DNA from: Deltaproteobacteria bacterium
Lineage (GTDB): Bacteria > Myxococcota_A > Polyangia > Fen-1088
DNA: 64,000 nucleotides
Direction of reading: 5' to 3'
NCBI GenBank assembly: GCA_033763315.1
Contig: JANRKS010000022.1
Location: 32,001 to 96,000, forward strand
Both the position numbers and the translations under genes were made by a program. Below are positions 57,549-64,000 of the stretch, one piece after another (positions within the stretch are counted from its first letter, which is position 1; each line of letters begins with the position of its first letter). The notes under the pieces were generated by a model. It was not told the origin of the DNA. It saw only the letters and a program-made list of their open reading frames with translations, and ran no database searches.

Positions 57549-58751
57549 CTACTGGTACAGGAACACAACCTCGACGCGGTTGTTGCGCGCGCGGCCCGAC
57601 ACGCTCTTATTGTCCGACACCGGCTCGGCGCCGCCTTGGCCACTGGCCACAAGGCGCGTTGGCGCCACACCGCGCGACACCAAGGCCGTATATACAGATT
57701 GTGCCCGCGCGTGCGAGCGGGCAAGCAACGCGTCTGCGCCACCGCGATCGTCGGTGTGACCCACAACCTGCACGGGGAATGTGTTGTATTTGCTGATGAG
57801 CGCGCCAATGCGGGTCAGCACCGCCTCACTCCCGGGAACGATGGTGGTGCCACGCGCCTTGAACAACAGCGACGCGGGAATGTGCAGCACCAACCGCTGC
57901 AGCTGCCCACGCGCTTCGCGCCGCACCTCGATCGATTGAATCTGCGCGGCTTCGCCTGCCAACGATTCAGCCTGCGCCCGACGATCGTTGGCGGCCATCT
58001 CCTGCTCAAAAGCAGGCTTGGCGGCGGCAACCGCCGCGGCGGCACGTTGCCGGGCCATATCGGCACTCACACGCGCCGCATCCAATTGTGATTGCTGCAG
58101 CTCTTGTTGAGCGCGCGCCAGCATATCCACCGCGGATTGATAGGGCGCGGGCGCCAAGCGTTTGGCGTCAACGGTATCGGCTTCCTTGAGCGCCAGCTCG
58201 GCTGCCTGAAGTTTCTCCGTGGCTTCCGCACGCTGCTTCTCTTGCACAAGTTTTTGCGACAGATTCTTCTGCTCTGCCGAAGCCGTCTCGCGCTCTTTTT
58301 GCAGCTCGCCCATCAGCTTCTGACGCTCTTGCGCTTGCTTTTGCAGCTGCTCAAGCAAAGCGACTTGCTCGTTGAGTGCCTTATATTCAGCAGCCAGACG
58401 CGATTCCTCGTCCTGCACTTTTCGCTGCGCCCGTTGCGCGCGTTTAATGCGCTCGTTCGCTTCGGATTGTTGATGCAGGGCCAAGGCGTGTTTGATTTTG
58501 GCTTGGCCAAACAAAGACGCGTGCCGGGCTTGGTCTAATTCGTTGTCTTCCCAATAGTTGCGGGCTTGCGTCAAGAAGCGATCCGCGCGCTTCATCACAT
58601 TCGGCGCCACAACCTCGGCTTGTTTGGCCTGGGGATCGGAGCGCAAATGCTCGAACGCCACCAGTTCAGGGGGCTTGGGCGGCGTGGCACAACCGATCGG
58701 CGCCAACAGCAGGGGCCCGACAACAAGCAACAACAGCAGCCGGCCGTTCAT
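57549..58751 (-). CDS. OmpA-family lipoprotein with DUF4398-like helical/coiled-coil N-terminal part
   Basis: Lipobox PIGC; long coiled coil; C-terminal VVGHTD...RAQSV..L...GQG..PV..N....GRARNNRVEV. Confidence 0.85.
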   Translation of the reverse strand: MNGRLLLLLVVGPLLLAPIGCATPPKPPELVAFEHLRSDPQAKQAEVVAPNVMKRADRFLTQARNYWEDNELDQARHASLFGQAKIKHALALHQQSEANERIKRAQRAQRKVQDEESRLAAEYKALNEQVALLEQLQKQAQERQKLMGELQKERETASAEQKNLSQKLVQEKQRAEATEKLQAAELALKEADTVDAKRLAPAPYQSAVDMLARAQQELQQSQLDAARVSADMARQRAAAAVAAAKPAFEQEMAANDRRAQAESLAGEAAQIQSIEVRREARGQLQRLVLHIPASLLFKARGTTIVPGSEAVLTRIGALISKYNTFPVQVVGHTDDRGGADALLARSHARAQSVYTALVSRGVAPTRLVASGQGGAEPVSDNKSVSGRARNNRVEVVFLYQ

Positions 58752-59194
58752 TTGGACATGACCTCAAGCTGGGCTTTTTTCTGCCTCGCCGCCGCAATGG
58801 CTTGCTTCAGCTCTTCCACATGCTTGCGAGACGCTTCAAGCAGCGCCTCTTCTTTTTGAGCGGCAGCGGTGAGCTGACCCGCGGTGATCTGTTCGCGAAT
58901 CATGTCGGCTTGGGCGTCGCAGCGGTCAAGCACCTGGCGAACGGTGTCGTATTGCTTCTCCGACCGCAGCCGCCACGCTTCGTCAAGCCAGGTGGACAAA
59001 ACAGCAATCTCTTCGGCTGCCACACGCTGCTCGTCAATGCGTTGCAGGTCGGAGACGTTGCGGCGGGCTCGATCGATCATCGCCTGCAGATCATCTGCCT
59101 CACCACCCCACGCGAAAGGAGCCAGGGCCACGAGCAGGAGGCAAAAGCCACCCAGCCCCGTCCATGCCTTACGGATATTGTTAAGCTTCTTCAT
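58748..59194 (-). CDS. Exported helical hypothetical protein (DUF4398-like partner of the OmpA protein)
   Basis: ATG 59194; signal peptide ending AWG; helical; ATGA overlap with the OmpA gene. Confidence 0.65.
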   Translation of the reverse strand: MKKLNNIRKAWTGLGGFCLLLVALAPFAWGGEADDLQAMIDRARRNVSDLQRIDEQRVAAEEIAVLSTWLDEAWRLRSEKQYDTVRQVLDRCDAQADMIREQITAGQLTAAAQKEEALLEASRKHVEELKQAIAAARQKKAQLEVMSK

Positions 59195-59406
59195 GGTAGA
59201 CCTGCCCAGGAACCTAGAAGCATTGTGGTTCGACTGCAAGCGGCAATCCGACGCGGATCGGGGAAAGCGAGGGGTGAGCGGCCCCCCTAAACCCTTGGAT
59301 TGTAAGCCTGGGCGGCGGTGAGATCCGCCCTTGACGTGGCCACGCGCCCGGTGCATACCTTTGTCCCCCGACGTGGAGTGTGTGGGATGGAGTGTGGTCG
59401 GACTGT

Positions 59407-59482
59407 GGTGAGCGTAGTTCAATGGTAGAACATCGGATTGTGATTCCGAGGGTTGCGGGTTCGATCCCCGTCGTTCACCCCA
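59407..59482 (+). tRNA. tRNA-His(GUG)
   Basis: G-1 at 59407; acceptor stem GTGAGCG/CGTTCAC; anticodon arm TCGGA-TTGTGAT-TCCGA; T-arm GGTTCGATCC; C discriminator and encoded CCA. Confidence 0.97.
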
Positions 59483-59483
59483 C

Positions 59484-59517
59484 AAAGCCCTGGCGAGCCT
59501 AACGCTGGGGCTTTTTT
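59484..59517 (+). terminator. Intrinsic terminator after tRNA-His
   Basis: AAAGCCCTGGCG...CGCTGGGGCTTT stem followed by a T run. Confidence 0.75.
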
Positions 59518-59624
59518 GCGATCGGGGCGCCCGCGGCTTGTGCCACGACCCTGGCTGAGCCGAAGCGTCGACGCTCAGGATTTGACGCGGTTCCTCCGAG
59601 AACTGAGGATGCCCCTTGAGCCAC

Positions 59625-60635
59625 ATGATGCGAACCAGTGCTTTGGCGCCCCCTGCCCTCTTCGTTGCTGTATGCCTCGCCACCTTCTTTGGCGCGGCCC
59701 CCGTTGCGCTTGCGAACCCGGACGCGGGCAGCGTGTCCATCGCCAGCGTGGTCTTCGAAGGCAATCTTCCAGCCGAGGCACAGAAGATCTTTCTTGAACG
59801 AATGGCCGAAGGCCTGGCCAAAGCTGACGTGGCTTTGTTGGGCGGCCCGCGCACCGCACGCCCCACCCCCTGCACCGACAACGAGTGTTACCGCCGCTTG
59901 GCCGCGCGGGTTGGCTCTTCGTATTTGGTGGTTGCTCGGATCAACGAAAGCCAGAAGAATTACGAGATCGATCTGGAGCTGATCACCGGCGCGACGGGTC
60001 GCAGTTCGGGATACCACCGCCAGCGCTGCCAGATCTGTGGCTTGTCAGAAGCGGGCGAACGCATGTCGTTGGCGGCCTCCGCGCTCACAGAAAAGCTCAA
60101 AAGCCTGCTGCGCGAGCCGGGACACGTCGTGATCCGCGCGCGTCCGGCCACGGCGCGGGTGATTGTGAATGGGCAGCTCAAGGGTCAATCTCCGCAAGAA
60201 GTCACGCTGCCGGCGGGACGACACAAAGTGGTGCTTGAAGCGCCGGGGCACCGGCCCATGGAGCGTGAAATCGAAGTGGTGCCCGCCGTGGATCAAGAGC
60301 TGCTGATCGACATGATGAAGATTCCGAGCGAATTCCCCTATAAAACGGCGGGATGGTCGGCGCTTGCGACTGGCGTGGCCCTGATCGCTGCGGGCGTCGT
60401 CACCTATACGTATTATCAAGGTCGTCGAATCACGTGCTCGGACACGGAGAAGGACCCTTACGGCAACTGCAAGAAGATCCTCAGCGCTGATTGGCCGGCC
60501 GCCAGCATGATGGCCGCGGGTGCCTCGCTGGCCACGTTCGGTGGTGTGTGGCTTTACCTTGGGGCCCAGCAGGACACGAGCGGCAGCAACAACAGCAGCA
60601 CCGCCCTGAACGTTGGGTACAGCGGCCGCTTCTAG
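59625..60635 (+). CDS. PEGA domain-containing exported protein
   Basis: Signal peptide; VIRARPATARVIVNGQLKGQSP...LPAGRHKV..EAPGH; C-terminal hydrophobic hairpin and GYSGRF end. Confidence 0.8.
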   Translation: MMRTSALAPPALFVAVCLATFFGAAPVALANPDAGSVSIASVVFEGNLPAEAQKIFLERMAEGLAKADVALLGGPRTARPTPCTDNECYRRLAARVGSSYLVVARINESQKNYEIDLELITGATGRSSGYHRQRCQICGLSEAGERMSLAASALTEKLKSLLREPGHVVIRARPATARVIVNGQLKGQSPQEVTLPAGRHKVVLEAPGHRPMEREIEVVPAVDQELLIDMMKIPSEFPYKTAGWSALATGVALIAAGVVTYTYYQGRRITCSDTEKDPYGNCKKILSADWPAASMMAAGASLATFGGVWLYLGAQQDTSGSNNSSTALNVGYSGRF

Positions 60636-60651
60636 CGCGCTGCCAGGCGCC

Positions 60652-62877
60652 CTAGTGAAGCTTTGATTCTGCCTGCGCGAGGCGCTGTGCGACCAGCGTA
60701 TCGTTCGGGGCCAGCCGTTTGGCCACGCGGTAGGCTTCGATGGCATCGTGGTAGCGCAGCAATTTGAAGTTGGCGTCACCCAGCAGGCGAAGCGCATCGG
60801 CCGACCTGGGCGCCAGCTTCGCAGCGAAACGGGCATATTGCAGGGCATCTTCATAGCGGGCGCGCTCAAAACACACCTCGGCCAATCCTTGCAGGGCGCC
60901 CGCGTTGTTGGAATCTTCCGCGATCGCACGGTTGAAAGCTTTTTCGGCGGCTTCAAGCCGTGCCGAGCGCAGGTGAGTCCACCCTTCGGCAGCCTCTCGC
61001 TTCGACACAACAGGATCGTGATTCCCTTGCTCAAGATCGGCTGCCGGCGGTGCCTTGGCTTCGACTTTGGGTCGCGCGGGTTCAGCCGGAGCGGCCACCG
61101 CAGAGGGCTCCGCTTCACGGATTTGCACGGCCTCGGCACGTATGGCGGCGCCGCGATCGTCTGGATCAAGGCCCGCGATCACTTGGTAAAGCGGGCGTGC
61201 GGCTTCCACCTGCCCGCCCACCCAACTCTTATCCGCCAAACGGCGCAAACCATCTGCCAACTGGGCCGCTTCGTGGCCACCGGCATCCGCTTTGGACAGC
61301 GCCTTGATCGCCAGGCGCGCTTCTGAAAGCCGGCCTCGTCGCGCGGCGACGAACACATCGGCGGCCAACCGGCGTGCGTCGGCCGATTCTTCGTGCGCTT
61401 GCCAATTGGGGCGATCTGCAAACAACTTCGCTTCGTCAGCCGATAACTGAGCTTTGTTGAGCAAAGTCAGATCATTGGGCATGAAGCGCAAAGCGTCCCG
61501 GTACTTCACCAACGCGAGATCGCCCAACTCTACCTGCTCAAGCTCTTGCCCCATCGCTTGCAAGGCGGCGGCATAGTTCTCCCGCAGCAAACGTGCCCCA
61601 GGAGATTCGCGGCCCAACTTTTTGGCTTCGCTCTCAGCGTTGAGAATGTAATCCAACGCGGATGCCCCCATGGGCGTCACGTATTGCAGGCGTTTGACGG
61701 CTGTGTTGGCGCGCACGAGGTTGGCCGCCACCATCGGCGCTTCGTCGGTGCCCGTCACTTCCACGCGCACGGGTGTGTACACCACTTGGCGGCCACGTAT
61801 GACGCCAAAGTAAAGCGCCAGGCCCATCGCCAATACGGCGACGCTGGCCGTGGCAATGATGATCCCCCGCATCCGACGTGTGCTGGGCGATGGCATGCGT
61901 TCGGCCAGCGACGTGCGCCACGTGGGCTCGACCGCGGGCAGTTCCAGATCATCCCAAGCGGTCGTGAAGCCCGAGGCGATCTGTGCCTCGCACAACAGCG
62001 CTTCAACTTCGGCCATCGAATTGGGCCGATCATCGGGCCGCTTGGCCAACAGCCGCACGATCACCGACTCAAGAACCGCTGGCACCTTCTTCGCTGGGTT
62101 GCGGTTGGCGAAGGGTTCCGGGGGCTTCTCCACGTGCATGCGGAGGGTTTCAACGGGATCGGCGCCGCGAAACGGCGCGCTGCCGATCAGAATCTCGTAA
62201 GCCACCACGCCCAAGGAATAAATGTCGGCGCGGTGGTCGTAGCCTTTGGCGGTGATGCGTTCAGGTGAAACGTATTCAGGCGTGCCGGAAATTGTTTTGG
62301 CGCCCGGACGCACGTCTTCCATGAAACCCGCGATGCCAAAATCAACCACCTTGACGCAGTCGTTTCGTCTGCCGACGGTGAGCAGCATGACGTTGTCAGG
62401 TTTTACATCGAGGTGAATCACGCCTTTTTCATGCGTGGCACCAAGCGCCTTGGCCATTTGCCGCAAGATCGGCAGCGCGCGTTCGGCCTGTAGGGGCCCC
62501 GTCCTGCGCAGCACCTCGCCCAGCGACTGGCCCTCAAGGTACTCCATGACGAAGTACACACGGCCATCAGCCAGTTCACCAAAGTCGGTGACATCGGCGA
62601 TGTAGGGGCTCCCAATGCGCGAAGCCGTTCGCGCTTCGTGAAGAAAACCTGCGACGCGTTTGGGATCGCGCGCCGACGTCGAGAGCAACACCTTCAGCGC
62701 CACGCGCTTTTGTAGGTCAACGTGTTCTGCTTCATACACCGCGCCCAGTCCGCCCTTGCCAATGCCCGCTATCACGCGGTACCGCGTGCCAGGAATGACC
62801 TCGCCCAGCGGCAGGTCAGTGTCTGGCCGGATGCTGGTGATGTTGCGAGGGGGAGGCTGCAATGGAGGGTGGGGCAT
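60652..62877 (-). CDS. Membrane Ser/Thr protein kinase with C-terminal TPRs
   Basis: IGKGGLGAVY, VALKVL, IHLDVKPDN, DFGIA, GTPEYVSPE, DIYSLG; one TM; TPR tail. Confidence 0.93.
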   Translation of the reverse strand: MPHPPLQPPPRNITSIRPDTDLPLGEVIPGTRYRVIAGIGKGGLGAVYEAEHVDLQKRVALKVLLSTSARDPKRVAGFLHEARTASRIGSPYIADVTDFGELADGRVYFVMEYLEGQSLGEVLRRTGPLQAERALPILRQMAKALGATHEKGVIHLDVKPDNVMLLTVGRRNDCVKVVDFGIAGFMEDVRPGAKTISGTPEYVSPERITAKGYDHRADIYSLGVVAYEILIGSAPFRGADPVETLRMHVEKPPEPFANRNPAKKVPAVLESVIVRLLAKRPDDRPNSMAEVEALLCEAQIASGFTTAWDDLELPAVEPTWRTSLAERMPSPSTRRMRGIIIATASVAVLAMGLALYFGVIRGRQVVYTPVRVEVTGTDEAPMVAANLVRANTAVKRLQYVTPMGASALDYILNAESEAKKLGRESPGARLLRENYAAALQAMGQELEQVELGDLALVKYRDALRFMPNDLTLLNKAQLSADEAKLFADRPNWQAHEESADARRLAADVFVAARRGRLSEARLAIKALSKADAGGHEAAQLADGLRRLADKSWVGGQVEAARPLYQVIAGLDPDDRGAAIRAEAVQIREAEPSAVAAPAEPARPKVEAKAPPAADLEQGNHDPVVSKREAAEGWTHLRSARLEAAEKAFNRAIAEDSNNAGALQGLAEVCFERARYEDALQYARFAAKLAPRSADALRLLGDANFKLLRYHDAIEAYRVAKRLAPNDTLVAQRLAQAESKLH

Positions 62878-62995
62878 GCGATGCCTGCGAAATGTCTGAG
62901 GGCAGATTCAAAGCCGCCGTCAGTCCGAGCGTTAAACGCGCCTTAGTATAACGCAGCTTACGAAAAGCCGCCGCCCTCAACTTGTGTTGCCGCTT

Positions 62996-63775
62996 TCAGT
63001 GACTGAGTGTGTGCAGCGATTCGCCCGGGTTCACTTCAATCACCATCTCGACGCGGCGGTTGGCCTCGCGACCGTCAGGCGTCTTGTTGCTGGCACGTGG
63101 GATAGTGTCGGCAAACCCCACAGCGGACAACAACGTACCGTCGTAGCGGAAGGCGCGTTGAATGTAGCTTGCAACGGCGGCGGCGCGCGAAGCGGACAGC
63201 TCCCAGTTATCGCGAAATCGGCCGGTGAGGCGAGAATCATCGGTGTGGCCGCCCACACGAATGTGGCGTTTGAGGGCCGTCAGCTCCGAGGCGATCGCGT
63301 CGAGAACAGGCAACATCTGTGGCCGAATGGCCGCTTGAGCGGGATCAAAGAAACTGGCGGCGGACAAACGCACGATCAAGCGTTTGCCTTCGGTGTCTAT
63401 AACCACCGACTTCATCTTGTCGGGGCGCTCTTGCAGGAAGCTGGTGAGCTTGCGCTGCAGACGTTTGCGCAAGGATTCAACGAGCCGCGTGTCATCGATG
63501 AAGCGTGGCTTCTCCTTGCCTTGCAAGGGCGAATGCAACACCGAACTGTCGGTGGGCGGACCGGAGAAGATCGGCAACTCCTTCAAGCCACCGGTGCCTT
63601 TGAAGTGCATCGCGAATTTGATCGACTTTTCGGCGTCGATGGTCTTTTTCCGATCGACGCGGCTCGTGGCGTACATGACGACGAAGAACGCAAACAGCAA
63701 CGTAATGAAGTCGGCGTAGGAAACCAGCCAACGCTCGTGGTTCTCGTGCTCTTCGTGGTGCTGCCGTTTTGCCAC
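62996..63775 (-). CDS. motB: Flagellar-type stator protein MotB
   Basis: HENHERWLVSYADFITLLFAFFVVMYA (conserved Asp); OmpA-like GHTD, NWELSASRA, NRRVEM. Confidence 0.92.
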   Translation of the reverse strand: MAKRQHHEEHENHERWLVSYADFITLLFAFFVVMYATSRVDRKKTIDAEKSIKFAMHFKGTGGLKELPIFSGPPTDSSVLHSPLQGKEKPRFIDDTRLVESLRKRLQRKLTSFLQERPDKMKSVVIDTEGKRLIVRLSAASFFDPAQAAIRPQMLPVLDAIASELTALKRHIRVGGHTDDSRLTGRFRDNWELSASRAAAVASYIQRAFRYDGTLLSAVGFADTIPRASNKTPDGREANRRVEMVIEVNPGESLHTLSH

Positions 63776-63780
63776 GGATC

Positions 63781-63999
63781 TTAGTCTTTGTGTTCGGTGG
63801 CGTAGTGCCCGCCGGTCAAAGCGTTGAGTTTGTCTTCCAATACGCGTGGGTTAAGGCCCGCTTGAATGGAAAGCACACCTTCGGCGATCAGCGTTTTGCG
63901 CTCTTTTTCCAGGCCAACTTTGCGTTTCGCCTTGTTGGCCATGGGCAGAAAAAACAAGTTGGCCATACCGACGCCGTAGACCGTGGCCACGAATGCCAC
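63781..63999 (-). CDS. motA: Stator protein MotA, 3' end only (truncated by window edge)
   Basis: AFVATVYGVGMANLFFLPMANK...EGVLSIQAGLNPRVLEDKL, immediately upstream of motB. Confidence 0.88.
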   Translation of the reverse strand: MAFVATVYGVGMANLFFLPMANKAKRKVGLEKERKTLIAEGVLSIQAGLNPRVLEDKLNALTGGHYATEHKD

Positions 64000-64000
64000 C

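Noticed and set aside
59407-59620. tRNA-His as a prophage/island integration site
   Set aside because: No integrase nearby, and I saw no duplicated tRNA 3' end in the window.
59195-59881. Long N-terminal extension of ORF 58748..59881
   Set aside because: It runs antisense through tRNA-His and the PEGA gene; the credible start is ATG 59194 with a signal peptide.
62996-63999. motAB as a Zorya (zorAB) defence system
   Set aside because: The MotA C-terminus is short with no long ZorA tail, MotB has the canonical flagellar motif, and no zorC/D/E-like gene follows.

Overview
GC-rich bacterial chromosomal window. The gene content (Ser/Thr kinase-TPR, PEGA protein, Gly-linker lipoproteins, giant TPR protein, myxobacterial-type DsbA) suggests a Myxococcota/deltaproteobacterial genome; this is inference. 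In order: a 5'-truncated c-type cytochrome fused to two CBM9-like domains; a XylR-like regulator with a sugar oxidation cluster (Gfo/Idh/MocA, xylose-isomerase-like TIM barrel, PVC-type CxxCH/DUF1080 fusion); two surface lipoproteins; fbaA; a five-gene phosphate locus (alkaline phosphatase, VTC polyphosphate polymerase domain, DUF4956-like membrane protein, DUF2490-like outer-membrane barrel, and a lipoprotein with glucan-water-dikinase-like His-domain/ATP-grasp order); a giant TPR gene and a ppiD-like gene; mreBCD-mrdA-rodA; a kdpFABC locus with split KdpD, a separate kinase, a sigma54 activator instead of KdpE, a porin and an extra small ORF; a divergent partial nuoABCDGHI cluster; DsbA/TlpA/outer-membrane protein; GH5, Nudix, epimerase, GH140; an OmpA/DUF4398 pair; tRNA-His; PEGA; Ser/Thr kinase; motB and partial motA. 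The best candidate for an undescribed system is 12131-17601, a possible polyphosphate-fed extracytoplasmic phosphorylation module. No CRISPR array, rRNA, integrase or transposase was seen. All family assignments come from motif recognition by eye, not database searches.
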